Notes: generated from the letters alone by a model not told the origin. A DNA stretch of 64,000 bases from Syntrophobacterales bacterium (GCA_037388025.1 JARRKO010000034.1:32336-96335); one strand, 5' to 3'. Positions 19,144 through 29,054 are shown, counted from the first letter of the stretch. A program made the numbers and translations.

Positions 19144-22100
19144 ATGAAGTCAGATGCAAAGAACTCTTCCCCCGACTTTACTGACCTGCGCCGGCAGGCC
19201 GAGGAGCGGCTCAAGAAGAAGGCCACCCACCCGGAGGAACTTACCCCGGTCGAAGCTGCCCGCCTCATCCACGAACTCCAGGTGCACCAGATCGAACTGG
19301 AGCTGCAAAACGAGGAGCTGCGCCAGGCCCAGGTCCAACTGGCCGAATCCCGGGATAAATACACCGATCTCTATGACTTTGCGCCGGTGGGCTACCTCAC
19401 CCTGGGTAAAGCCGGCAAAATCCTGGAGGCCAACCTCACCGCCGCCACCATGCTGGGACTGGAGCGCAGCAAACTCCTGGGCCTCTTCTTCCCTCATTTC
19501 CTGGTGGACACGGACCGTCGGGTTTTCCGACAATTGCTGAATAACGGCTCTGACCTGCGGGAGCGACGGGGAGAGTTCCACCTGCAGGACGGCAACGGCA
19601 AGGCCCGGGTCTTGCTCCTGGACATCCTCCTTTTGCAGGATGCGGAGGGCCGAGAGCAGCACCGGGTCGCCCTGACTGACATCACCGAGCTCAAGACCGC
19701 CCAGGAGGAATTGCGGCTGCACAAGGAGGAGTTGGAGGAGCTGGTAGCCGAGCGCACCACGGAACTCCTCGAGGTGAACGAGGAGCTAAGGGAAGCCAAT
19801 GACAACCTGAGGGCGCTGTTTGAGGCCGCGCCCCTGGCCATCGGGGTCTTTGACGCCGAGGGTAAGGTGGTCAGCGTCAATCCGGCCTCCGAGCGCCTCT
19901 TCGGCTGGAGCCAAGAGGAATTCAAGGGTCACTTGCCCCTGTCCATGCCCACGAAGGCTCCCGAGGAGGCCAGGGCGCCGTTAGAACGTGCTCTCCAAGG
20001 GAGGTCCTTCACCGGCACCGAAGTCAAACAACAACGCAAGGACGGCGCGCTCATCGCTGTCAGCCTCTCGGCGGCCCCGCTGCACGACGCGGCAGGTCGC
20101 TTCCGGGGCTTCATCGGCCTGGCCGAAGACATCACCGAACGCAAGCGGGCGGAAGAGGCGGTGCGCACCCAGGCCCGGGTCCTGGAGAGCATGGCGGAAG
20201 CAGTCACGGTCACGGACAGCCGGGGCCATATCCAATACTCCAACCCGGCCTTTGACGCCGTGTTCGGTTATGAGCCGGGGGAATTACTGGGCCGGCACAC
20301 CAATATCCTCAACTTCTATCCGCCGGAAGAAAACCGCCGGGTCGTCCAAGAAATCCTGCGCCAGCTGCAGGCTTCCGGTGTCTGGTCGGGGGAGTTTCTC
20401 AATCGCCGGAAGGACGGCCGGTCTTTTTTTACCTCGGCTCGCATCAGCGCGCTCGAGGTGGGCGGCGAAAAGCTGTTTATTTCTGTTCAGGAAGACATCA
20501 CCGAGCGTAGGCAAAGGGAAGAGATGCTGCGCCGGCAGTCCGAGCTTTTGGACCTGGCCGAGGACGCCATCCTGGTCTGGGATATGGTGGGCCGGGTTAC
20601 CTACTGGAACCGGGGCGCGGAAGATCTCTATGGCTGGCCCCGGGAGGAGGCCATGGGCCAGGTGGTCCACCGGCTGCTCGCCACCGAGTTTCCCGAACCC
20701 CTGGTAGATATTGAAACCCGGTTGCTGGAGCAGGGACGCTGGGAAGGGGAGTCGATTCATACCACCCGGGACGGCAGCCGCCTGATAGCAAAGAGCCGCT
20801 GGAGCCTCAAGCGGGACGACAAGGGGCGGCCGCTGGCCATTCTGGAGATCAACAATGATATTACCGCCCGCCGGCAGGCCGAGGAAGCTCTCAGAAAGAG
20901 CGAATGGCGTTTCCACCGACTGGTGGAGGCCAATATTATCGGCATGGCGGTATGCGATGAAGAAACCATCGTTGAGGCTAACGACGCCTTTCTCCAGATG
21001 TTGGGCTACACCCGGGGAGAGATGCAGCCCGGAGAGTTAAACTGGGTGGAGCTGACCCCCCACGAATACCTCTCCCTGGACGCCCAGGCCTTGTACGAGC
21101 TGCGGACCACCGGGGTCCATACCCCCTTTGAAAAAGCCTTTGTCCGCCAAGACGGCAGCCAGGTTGCGGTGATGGTAGGCGGCGCCCTGCTGGAGGAAGA
21201 TCCCTTTATGTGGGTGTCCTTCGTTCTGGACGTCAGCGAACGCAAGCAACTCGAGGCGGAATTGCGCCAGAGTGAGGCGCGCTTTCGGGCCATCTTCAGC
21301 AACGCCAGCATCGGCATCGCCACCACGGACCTGAAAGGGCGTTTCCAGCAGTTCAACGCCCCGGTTATCAAAGGCCTGGGCTATACCCCCACCGAACTCC
21401 GGGGCATGAGTTTCTTTGAGGTCACCCACCCCGAGGATCTGGACAAGGATGCCGGCCTGTTTGCCGAGTTGGCGGCCGGCCGGCGGGAACGCTACCAGGT
21501 AGAGAAACGCTATATCCGTAAAGACGGCCGGGTACTCTGGGGGCGGCTCCATGTCTCTTTGGCCCGGAACCTGGCGGGGGAGCCCGAATTCGCCGTATCC
21601 TTGGTGGAGGATATAACCGCGCGCCAGGAGGCTCAGGCGGCCCTGGCCGAGAGCGAGGCCCGCTACCGCAGTCTGGTGGAAATGTCACCTGACGCCATCG
21701 TGGTGCATGCCAAAGGACGGATTATTTTTGCCAATCAGGCCGGTCTCACGCTCTTCGGGGCCGCGAGTCCCGAGGACATCCTGGGTCAACATATCTTTGA
21801 TCTGGTCCACCCCGATTTTCTGGATATAGTCAAACGGCGGGTCAAAAGGGGCTATGCCGGAGAACCGGCGGATCTCAGAGAAATTAAGCTCCGGCGTTTT
21901 GATGGGCAGTTCACGGACGTGGAAAGCGCGGCCAGGCCCATCACCTATCAAGGCCAGCCCGCGGTCCAGGTAGTAGTCCGGGACATCAGCGAACGCAAGC
22001 AAGCGGAGGAGGAAATTCGGCGCTTGGCTAATTTCCCGCTCCTCAACCCTAACCCCGTCATTGAAGTGGACGAGGCAGGTACGGTGGTGTATGCCAATCC

Positions 22101-25100
22101 CGCAGCCCTCCATGCCGCGCAAAAGCTGAGGCTTCCCCACGGGGTGGAAGCCTTTGTGCCGCGTAACCTGAAGGAGATTTTTACGGCCGCGCGCACAGGC
22201 GGTCCCCGGGAATTTTCTTTTGACCTGGACCTCAAGGGGGCCATCTACGCGGTCACCCTGCACCTGCCCCATGATTTGCCCACGGCGCGTCTTTACGCCC
22301 TGGACATCACCGATCGCACCCGGGCAGAGGAGGCCCTGCGGGAGAGCGAAGGGCGCGAGCGAGCCCGGGCTGCTGAATTGCAGGCACTTCTGGATACGAC
22401 CCCGGGGATTATCCTCTTGGCCCACGACCCCGAGGGCCGGGTGATCACCGGTAACCGGGCTGCTTATGAACTTATGCGCCGCACGCCCGACAGCAATCTA
22501 TCCAAATCCGCTTCGGCAGGAGAAAGGCCGGAAAACTTCCGGACCATGCAGAACGGCCGGGAGATTACCGGAGCAGAATTGCCGGTGCAGCGGGCCGCCA
22601 CCGGGGAGACGGTGCGAGATTACGATATTGACTTGGTCTTTGATGACGGCACGGTCCACACCATTTTGGGGGACGCCGTACCGTTGCTGGACGAAGCCGG
22701 GCAGCCCCGGGGCGCGGTGGCGGCATTCCTGGATATTACCGAGCGCAAGCGGACCGAAGAGGCCCTGATCCGGAGTCAGGCGGAACTTGAAGCCATCTTC
22801 CACTCCATGTCTGACGGCGTCATCTTTGCCGACCTTCAGCGCCGTATCGTCCTGGTAAACCCTGCGGCCGAAGCCTTGTTCGGATATGCCTTGGAGGAAA
22901 TGCAGGGCCGCACCACGGAGTTTATCTACGCCTCTCCGGCGGATTACGAAGAGCAGGGCCGCCGCCGCTATCACACCAAGCCGGATCATCCCCTCCCTGT
23001 TTATGAAATGGAATACCGGCGCAAGGATGGCAGTGTCTTCTCGGCAGAAACCAAGGGGAGTCAGGTCAAGGATGACCAGGGCCGGGTTATCGGGTTTGTC
23101 AGCATCCACCGGGACATCACCGAGCGCAAGCGGGCAGAAGAGGAACTGGCCCGGCAAAGGGAACTCTTGCAGGCAATCATCGACAACATCCCGGTGATGC
23201 TGACATTTTATGATCCCAACCTGAAGATCTTTCGTTTCAATAAGGAATCGCGTCGGGTGTTGGGCTGGTCGGAAGAAGACTTGGCCGCTATGGATGACCC
23301 CCTGGAGTTTTTTTACCCCAACCCCGAACAACGGGAGCAGGTGCGAGAGTACATGCATTATCTGGTACCGGGGTGGCGGGATTTTCAGGCGACCGCCAGA
23401 GATGGCAGCCTGGTGGACAGTACCTGGGCCAACATCCGCCTCACGGACGATACTCACATCGGCATTGGCGTGGACATCCGGGAGCGGAAACGGGCCGAAG
23501 AAGCCCTGCAGCGGCAAGATAAACTCACCCAAGGCATCAACCTTGTCCTGCATGAGGCCCTGACCTGCGAGACCCAGGAGGATCTGGGCCGCACCTGTCT
23601 GGCCGTGGCCGAAGAGCTCTCCGGCAGCAGGTTCGGTTTTATCGGGCAGATAAACGAGGCCGGTCTCCTGGACGATATCGCTATTAGTGACCCGGGCTGG
23701 GAGGCCTGCACTGTACCGGGGTCGGAAGAAATGGTTTTGCCTAAAGGTTGGCATTTTCACGGTATTTATGGGCAGGTCATAAGAGAAGGGCAGTCCCTGA
23801 TTGCCAACGATCCCGCGGCTCATCCCGACAGCATCGGCCTCCCCGAAGGCCATCCCCCTTTGACGGCTTTCCTGGGCGTGCCCTTGAAACAGGGGGACAA
23901 GACCATCGGCATGGTGGGCCTGGGAAATAAACCTGGGGGCTACACCCCGGCTGATCAGGACGCGGTGGAGACTCTGTCCCTAGCTATGGTGGAAGCGTTA
24001 CAGCGCCAACGGAGCGAGGAGGCCCTGCGCCGGGCTCATGCTGACCTGGAAGAACGGGTGGCGGAGCGTACCGCGGCCCTAAGCCAGGCCAATGAGCAGC
24101 TGCTCGGCGAGATCAAGGAGCGCCAGGAGATGGAGGTCAGGCTCCGGGAAAGTGAGGCCCGCTTCGCGGCCTTCATGGAACACCTGCCGGGATTGGCGGT
24201 GATGCGGGACATGGAGGGGCGTTACCTGTTTGCCAACCAGGCCTGGGAAAAGATGCTGAATCTTGCCCCCGGGGCTTGGGCGGGGAAGACCCCAACACAA
24301 ATCTGGCCCCGCAAGCAGGCCAAAATCTTCCAGAAGCTGGATTTCCAGGTGATTAGCTCCGGGGAGCCCATGGAACAGGTGGAAAAGCTGAAACTGGCCG
24401 ACGGCCGCCATTACCTCCTGACCCACCGGTTTCCCATCAATGACGCCTCGGGCCTTCCCTTCATGGTGGGTACCATAGCCATTGACGTCACGGCGCGCCA
24501 GCAGGCCGAGGAAGACCTGAAGATATCAGAAAAAAGGTTGCGTTACCTTGCAGAACAGTTACTCACCGCCCAAGAGGATGAACGCCGGCGCCTGGCCTCG
24601 GAACTGCACGATGAGCTTGGCCACGCCTTGTTGGCTTTTAGACTCTCTCTGAGTTCCATCGCCAAGGACCTGCTGCCCGAGCAGGAAAGCATCAGGGAGG
24701 AGCTCCTGGAACTGCAGGCGGTTATCAGTGAAGTTTTAGGAGAGATTCGCCGCCTGTATCATGATTTGAGCCCGGGGGACGTAGAGGATTTGGGCCTCAC
24801 CAAGGCCCTGCAATCCCTGGTGGAGAACTTTGCCAGCCATCAGGGACACATAACCTGGCAGGTGGACCTGCCGGAGCTCGACCGGCTCTTCTCCCTGCCG
24901 GTGCAGACCATTATTTACCGCATCGTCCAGGAGGCCTTGACCAATATCGGCAAGCACGCTCAAGCTCAGCAGGTGAGCATTACCGCGGCCAAGAAGGGGG
25001 CAAAGGTGCACTTTGCCATTCAGGACAACGGTCAGGGCTTTGACGTGGCCCGGGTTATAAGGATGCCGGGCCGCGGCGTGGGGCTGGCGGCCATGGAGGA

Positions 25101-25224
25101 GCGGTTGAACATGGTGGGCGGCACTTTCGAAATCCACAGCCGGGAGCAGGAAGGCACCAGGCTCAGGTTCACCATACCCACCTTACCGGAAAGAGAAAAG
25201 CCATGGAGGCGTTTCATCACATGA
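19144..25224 (+). CDS. Giant cytoplasmic hybrid-less sensor histidine kinase: about 12 PAS/PAC modules, one GAF-like module, HisKA_3 and HATPase_c (2026 aa)
   Basis: PAS modules recur, each closed by a D(I/V)(T/S)ER(K/R)xAEE linker. A GAF-like segment lies around 23520-23960 (FLGVPLKQGDKTIGMVGLGNK). The H-box is ELHDELGHALLAF, the N-box QEALTNIGKHA and the G-boxes DNGQGF and GRGVGLAAMEERL. There is no TM segment. Confidence 0.93.
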   Translation: MKSDAKNSSPDFTDLRRQAEERLKKKATHPEELTPVEAARLIHELQVHQIELELQNEELRQAQVQLAESRDKYTDLYDFAPVGYLTLGKAGKILEANLTAATMLGLERSKLLGLFFPHFLVDTDRRVFRQLLNNGSDLRERRGEFHLQDGNGKARVLLLDILLLQDAEGREQHRVALTDITELKTAQEELRLHKEELEELVAERTTELLEVNEELREANDNLRALFEAAPLAIGVFDAEGKVVSVNPASERLFGWSQEEFKGHLPLSMPTKAPEEARAPLERALQGRSFTGTEVKQQRKDGALIAVSLSAAPLHDAAGRFRGFIGLAEDITERKRAEEAVRTQARVLESMAEAVTVTDSRGHIQYSNPAFDAVFGYEPGELLGRHTNILNFYPPEENRRVVQEILRQLQASGVWSGEFLNRRKDGRSFFTSARISALEVGGEKLFISVQEDITERRQREEMLRRQSELLDLAEDAILVWDMVGRVTYWNRGAEDLYGWPREEAMGQVVHRLLATEFPEPLVDIETRLLEQGRWEGESIHTTRDGSRLIAKSRWSLKRDDKGRPLAILEINNDITARRQAEEALRKSEWRFHRLVEANIIGMAVCDEETIVEANDAFLQMLGYTRGEMQPGELNWVELTPHEYLSLDAQALYELRTTGVHTPFEKAFVRQDGSQVAVMVGGALLEEDPFMWVSFVLDVSERKQLEAELRQSEARFRAIFSNASIGIATTDLKGRFQQFNAPVIKGLGYTPTELRGMSFFEVTHPEDLDKDAGLFAELAAGRRERYQVEKRYIRKDGRVLWGRLHVSLARNLAGEPEFAVSLVEDITARQEAQAALAESEARYRSLVEMSPDAIVVHAKGRIIFANQAGLTLFGAASPEDILGQHIFDLVHPDFLDIVKRRVKRGYAGEPADLREIKLRRFDGQFTDVESAARPITYQGQPAVQVVVRDISERKQAEEEIRRLANFPLLNPNPVIEVDEAGTVVYANPAALHAAQKLRLPHGVEAFVPRNLKEIFTAARTGGPREFSFDLDLKGAIYAVTLHLPHDLPTARLYALDITDRTRAEEALRESEGRERARAAELQALLDTTPGIILLAHDPEGRVITGNRAAYELMRRTPDSNLSKSASAGERPENFRTMQNGREITGAELPVQRAATGETVRDYDIDLVFDDGTVHTILGDAVPLLDEAGQPRGAVAAFLDITERKRTEEALIRSQAELEAIFHSMSDGVIFADLQRRIVLVNPAAEALFGYALEEMQGRTTEFIYASPADYEEQGRRRYHTKPDHPLPVYEMEYRRKDGSVFSAETKGSQVKDDQGRVIGFVSIHRDITERKRAEEELARQRELLQAIIDNIPVMLTFYDPNLKIFRFNKESRRVLGWSEEDLAAMDDPLEFFYPNPEQREQVREYMHYLVPGWRDFQATARDGSLVDSTWANIRLTDDTHIGIGVDIRERKRAEEALQRQDKLTQGINLVLHEALTCETQEDLGRTCLAVAEELSGSRFGFIGQINEAGLLDDIAISDPGWEACTVPGSEEMVLPKGWHFHGIYGQVIREGQSLIANDPAAHPDSIGLPEGHPPLTAFLGVPLKQGDKTIGMVGLGNKPGGYTPADQDAVETLSLAMVEALQRQRSEEALRRAHADLEERVAERTAALSQANEQLLGEIKERQEMEVRLRESEARFAAFMEHLPGLAVMRDMEGRYLFANQAWEKMLNLAPGAWAGKTPTQIWPRKQAKIFQKLDFQVISSGEPMEQVEKLKLADGRHYLLTHRFPINDASGLPFMVGTIAIDVTARQQAEEDLKISEKRLRYLAEQLLTAQEDERRRLASELHDELGHALLAFRLSLSSIAKDLLPEQESIREELLELQAVISEVLGEIRRLYHDLSPGDVEDLGLTKALQSLVENFASHQGHITWQVDLPELDRLFSLPVQTIIYRIVQEALTNIGKHAQAQQVSITAAKKGAKVHFAIQDNGQGFDVARVIRMPGRGVGLAAMEERLNMVGGTFEIHSREQEGTRLRFTIPTLPEREKPWRRFIT

Positions 25225-25259
25225 TATAATCTTAAAGAAAAATTATGGTGGGTTAGCTT

Positions 25260-25565
25260 ATGGAAGATCTGTGGCGCAAAGCCAAGCATTTTGGTCTGGG
25301 GGTGTTGGATTTTACCAGGGAAAAAGTGGAAGTCCTGGTAGACGACATGATCAAGCGGGGAGAACTGGCCGAGCAGGATGCCCCGCAAGCGGTAACCGAA
25401 ATAATGGAAAAGGCCCAATCCGAACAGGAAGCCTTTATGGACAAGCTGAAGAACGTGGTTGAAAAGATCATCTCCGGGATGGGCCTGGCCCGAACCACTG
25501 ATTTGGAGGCGTTGGAAAAGAGAGTGGCGGAACTTGAACGTGGCCCCAAAGGGGGACCTGGGTGA
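25260..25565 (+). CDS. Phasin-family / PHA-synthesis-regulator-like protein (101 aa)
   Basis: LGVLDFTREKVEVLVDDMIKRGEL...TDLEALEKRVAELE matches the COG3937-type phasin pattern from memory. Confidence 0.6.
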   Translation: MEDLWRKAKHFGLGVLDFTREKVEVLVDDMIKRGELAEQDAPQAVTEIMEKAQSEQEAFMDKLKNVVEKIISGMGLARTTDLEALEKRVAELERGPKGGPG

Positions 25566-25609
25566 TTCTTTAGGTTTGGCTGAGAAGCTTCTTAGATGGA
25601 ATCACTCAG

Positions 25610-25643
25610 GGCAGGGTCACCATATGGCCCTGCCTTTGCATTT
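25610..25643 (+). terminator. Rho-independent terminator after the phasin gene
   Basis: GGCAGGG (25610-25616) pairs with CCCTGCC (25628-25634) and is followed by TTTGCATTT. Confidence 0.6.
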
Positions 25644-25660
25644 CAAGCGAGCCTGTTGCC

Positions 25661-25793
25661 CTCGCTGGCCCTCCTGAGAAACTTATCACTGGGCCAAAAA
25701 CTTCCCATATCCAGGCCTATCTGCATATCAGGCTCACCACCGAGGGCAGCAATTCTTGAAGTTCTGATAATAACCGCGGGGTATAGCAAGATA
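25661..25793 (-). repeat. Repeat family R, copy R1 (133 bp, internally deleted; the only clear minus-orientation copy)
   Basis: The reverse complement begins TATCTTGCTATACCCCGCGGTTATTATCAGAAC and ends GGGAAGTTTTTGGCCCAGTGATAAGTTTCTCAGGAGGGCCAG. These match both termini of the 204-bp copies. Confidence 0.75.
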
Positions 25794-26030
25794 ATCGCCA
25801 TCCTACTCAGGTCTTTTTGGCGCGGGACCCTCATGATGGGAAGAAGCGATGTTTACATTTGATTTTGATGTCTTATGTTTAGAACAAAGGGTATGCCAGC
25901 TTAGATAATTAGGTCCCCAGTTGCATCGCTGAGGCAGAGATGAAAACTGCGGCCGGGGGGTTGCCACCATCTTGCCGGAGGAAAGGCAGATGAGGGTGCG
26001 GCCCATCGGCGGTGATCCAGCGGACGTAGC

Positions 26031-26798
26031 ATGGTATTACATGAAACTGCATTGCAGTATTTAGGCCTAGTTTTCTTGGGATTCGGTATTGGTGCCTATG
26101 GCACCCTGATCGGCGCCGGCGGCGGCTTTCTCTTAATGCCGGTGCTGCTCTTCATTTATCCAAAAGAGCATCAACAAACCCTTACTGCCATCTCCTTGGC
26201 CGTAGTTTTTTTCAATTCCATTTCCGGCGCCGCAGCCTATGCTCGCCTGAAGCGAATTGATTATAAATCCGGCATGATGTTGGCGGCAGCCACGATTCCA
26301 GGCGCCATTTTCGGCGTTATCACCAATGCCTCCATTCCCCGCCGGGTATTTGAAGCCATCTTCAGTGTTTTCCTGATCAGCCTGGCGCTCTTTTTATTGC
26401 TCCGGCCCAAGTCCGACGCCCAACCCGCCGTAGAAAAACCACCCTCCCCCCCTCGCGGCCTGACTCGCATCTTTCAGAGTATGGATGGCGTAACTTTCGA
26501 ATACCATTATTATCTCTGGTTGGGAGTGCCAGTCTTCTTTTTCTTAGGGTTCATCGCCAGCTTTTTGGGCATCCAGTTTATTGTGGTTATCACAACTTTC
26601 GCCGCAACACTGGTGCATATCTTTCACGGTTCCTTCCATCATGGGGCCCACCGCATTGCCGCCCTGGGGATAGGGGTCCTGATCGGAGCCCAATTTGGGG
26701 CCTATCTTTCCAATAAGATTTCAGGCGCCTGGATTATTCGCGCCCTGGCCGTGGCCGTGGCCCTGGTGGGGATTAAGATGCTCATCGCGGTATTCTAA
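26031..26798 (+). CDS. TauE/SafE-family anion exporter membrane protein
   Basis: Multi-TM protein with the GAYGTLIGAGGGFLLMPVLLF motif of the TauE family. Confidence 0.8.
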   Translation: MVLHETALQYLGLVFLGFGIGAYGTLIGAGGGFLLMPVLLFIYPKEHQQTLTAISLAVVFFNSISGAAAYARLKRIDYKSGMMLAAATIPGAIFGVITNASIPRRVFEAIFSVFLISLALFLLLRPKSDAQPAVEKPPSPPRGLTRIFQSMDGVTFEYHYYLWLGVPVFFFLGFIASFLGIQFIVVITTFAATLVHIFHGSFHHGAHRIAALGIGVLIGAQFGAYLSNKISGAWIIRALAVAVALVGIKMLIAVF

Positions 26799-26847
26799 GG
26801 TCTGATGGAAAAATCTTTATCGCGAGCACTCATTAAAAGGAGCGCAC

Positions 26848-27639
26848 ATGTCCATCGTAATCATTTCCAGAGGGTCGTTCAGTCACGGCAAAGAGGTGGC
26901 AGAAAAACTCGCTGAGAATCTGGGCTACGAATGTGTCTCCCGGGAAATTATCCTTGAGGCCTCAAAGCATTTTAATATTAAGGAACTTAAGCTGATCAGG
27001 GCCATTCACGATGCGCCTTCGCTACTAGATCGCTTCACTCATGGCAAAGAAAGGTATGTGACCTATGTCAGGGAAGCGCTGTTGCACCGCTTACAAAAGG
27101 ATAACGTAGTCTATCACGGTTTGGCCGGCCATTTCTTCGTCCGGGACATTCCCCATGTTCTCAAGGTGCGGATCATTGCCGACCTGGAAGACCGGGTAGC
27201 CGAAAAGGTGAAACGTGAGGGGATTTCGGCTCAGGAGGCCCGGGCGTTTCTGGAAAAAGATGACAAGGAGCGCTACCGCTGGAGTTACCATCTTTATGGC
27301 ATTGATACCAGGGACCCGAGCCTCTATGACTTGGTTATCCATATCACTGCCATCACTACCGAGATGGCGGTGAACATTATTCAATATACCGTCAACCAAC
27401 CCAGGTTCAGGACCACGCCCGAATCTCAAAAGGCCATAGATAATCTGCTATTGGCCGCTCAGGTTCAGGCAGCCTTGGTAGAGGAGGTGCCATCCGCTAA
27501 AGTGAATGTGGAAAATGGCGAACTGGTGGTTAGCATGGGAGTGGCCTGGGGTGAGGACAAAAGATTAATCGCCAAAGTTGATCAGATTGTTGATGATGTG
27601 GGCGGGGTTAAGGCCAAAGTCCGTTTGGTCAACCCGTAA
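26848..27639 (+). CDS. Cytidylate-kinase-like family protein with a BON-like C-terminus, tandem paralogue 1
   Basis: The N-terminus IVIISRGSFSHGKEVAEKLAENLGYECVSRE resembles Cytidylate_kin2-type proteins. The C-terminus (NVENGELVVSMGVAWGEDKRLIAKVDQIVDDVGGVKAKVRLV) is BON-like. A near-duplicate gene follows. Confidence 0.7.
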   Translation: MSIVIISRGSFSHGKEVAEKLAENLGYECVSREIILEASKHFNIKELKLIRAIHDAPSLLDRFTHGKERYVTYVREALLHRLQKDNVVYHGLAGHFFVRDIPHVLKVRIIADLEDRVAEKVKREGISAQEARAFLEKDDKERYRWSYHLYGIDTRDPSLYDLVIHITAITTEMAVNIIQYTVNQPRFRTTPESQKAIDNLLLAAQVQAALVEEVPSAKVNVENGELVVSMGVAWGEDKRLIAKVDQIVDDVGGVKAKVRLVNP

Positions 27640-27708
27640 CCTCACCGTGATTCCCCTAAACTTAACTATCGACATTAAACTTATTTGCATTTGCAAGGGG
27701 GGCCATTT

Positions 27709-28503
27709 ATGGCAATCATTACTATTTCCCGGGGTTCCTACAGCCGGGGCAAAGAGGTGGCTGAAAAGGTAGCCGCCAGGCTAGGTTACGAATGTATCTC
27801 CCGGGATGTCCTTCTGGAGGCTTCGGAACAATTCCATATTCCGGAGATCAAGCTGGTTCGGGCGATCCATGATGCGCCTTCGATTCTAGAACGCTTTACC
27901 CACGGCAAGGAAAGGTATGTGTCATATATCAAGGCAGCTTTATTGAAACATGCCCAGAAAGACAACGTAGTCTATCATGGTTTGGCTGGCCATTTCTTCG
28001 TCCAGGACATTCCCCATGTTCTCAAGGTGCGGATCATTGCCGACCTGGAAGACCGGGTGGCCGAAGAGGTGAAACGTGAGGGGATTTCGGCTGAGGAGGC
28101 TCGGGCGTTTCTGCAAAAAGATGATAATGAGCGCTACCGCTGGAGTTACCATCTTTATGGCATTGATGCCCGGGACCCGAGCCTCTATGACTTGGTTATC
28201 CATGTTAAAACCCTCACCACGGACGATGCCGTACACCTGATAATGTGCGCCCTGCAGAGCCCTCGCTTCCAAACCACTGACAGATCACAGAAAGACCTCG
28301 ACGATCTAACCCTGGCCGCCCGCATCCAGGCGGCTTTGGTAGAGGACTTCCCCTCTGTCGAGGTGAACGTCCAAGATGGGGAGGTTTTCATAGAGATCAA
28401 AGGCCCCGTGGAAGAAGAGGACAAGGTGATCGCCCTGCTGCAACGGTTAGCCGTCAAAGTGGTGGGGATCGAGGTCAAGGTAAATGTCTCAATCATCCCC
28501 TAA
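27709..28503 (+). CDS. Cytidylate-kinase-like family protein with a BON-like C-terminus, tandem paralogue 2
   Basis: Same architecture as 26848-27639. I chose the ATG at 27709 (MAIITISRGSYSRGKEVAEK) by alignment with paralogue 1; the ORF opens at 27685. Confidence 0.7.
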   Translation: MAIITISRGSYSRGKEVAEKVAARLGYECISRDVLLEASEQFHIPEIKLVRAIHDAPSILERFTHGKERYVSYIKAALLKHAQKDNVVYHGLAGHFFVQDIPHVLKVRIIADLEDRVAEEVKREGISAEEARAFLQKDDNERYRWSYHLYGIDARDPSLYDLVIHVKTLTTDDAVHLIMCALQSPRFQTTDRSQKDLDDLTLAARIQAALVEDFPSVEVNVQDGEVFIEIKGPVEEEDKVIALLQRLAVKVVGIEVKVNVSIIP

Positions 28504-28959
28504 AGCCCCCCAATGATCCCCTGGGAAACTAGGACCGGAAGAACGGCTTCGGAGCCGCACAGGATTATCCAAAACTCGGGCTATTTCTGGCCGGAAAGAT
28601 TTCTGCTTGACGGTAGTGATGCTGTCACCTGACCATCGCTTACAGGTGGTTTATGAAGCCGGATATTTGGTTTCCGGCTTCATGACCGACTGCTCAAGAA
28701 GGGCATTGAATGTCTAGTCACCCCTCCAAGGGGCTTGATTCAATGAAGATAACTGTTCCATGCAGCATCTCTGGTTATTGCACTAAGACCGGTTTGACCG
28801 TGGAGCCTTCAAAACGCGCGAGGTCAGGGTGTCCCATGAGATCCTTGAGGACCCAGGTTGCCTCATGCCAAGGCTACTGGAATGGGTCTGGGGCGGGTTT
28901 GGGGCGGGAAAATTAAGTCGTTTGTTTAAGCTAACTAATTGATATTTATAATATTATAA

Positions 28960-29054
28960 TGGTGCCGAAGGCGGGATTTGTTTCTGGCTCTGCAGTTCCC
29001 AACCCTTAACCATTGGGAGCCATTCCAGGCCAATCAGCACCTTTTCATTTCCCC
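28960..29054 (-). repeat. Repeat family T, copy 2 (tRNA 3'-end-like 21-mer plus about 75 nt) at the left edge of the AT-rich island
   Basis: Bases 28960-28980 are identical to 109-129. Bases 28981-29054 align with 155-230. The element is immediately preceded by a very AT-rich stretch (GATATTTATAATATTATAA). Confidence 0.65.

Noticed and set aside
19144-25224. Regularly spaced repeated DNA segments inside the kinase gene (the DITERKRAEEAL-coding linkers), which could mimic a repeat array.
   Set aside because: They are in-frame PAS-domain linkers of one continuous 2026-aa ORF. The spacing is one PAS module (about 370-400 nt), so this is not a CRISPR or tandem-repeat locus.
28710-28916. A 68-aa ORF between the tandem kinase-like genes and repeat T2.
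   Set aside because: It has no motif and an odd composition, and it lies in a junction region next to the island boundary. It is probably non-coding.
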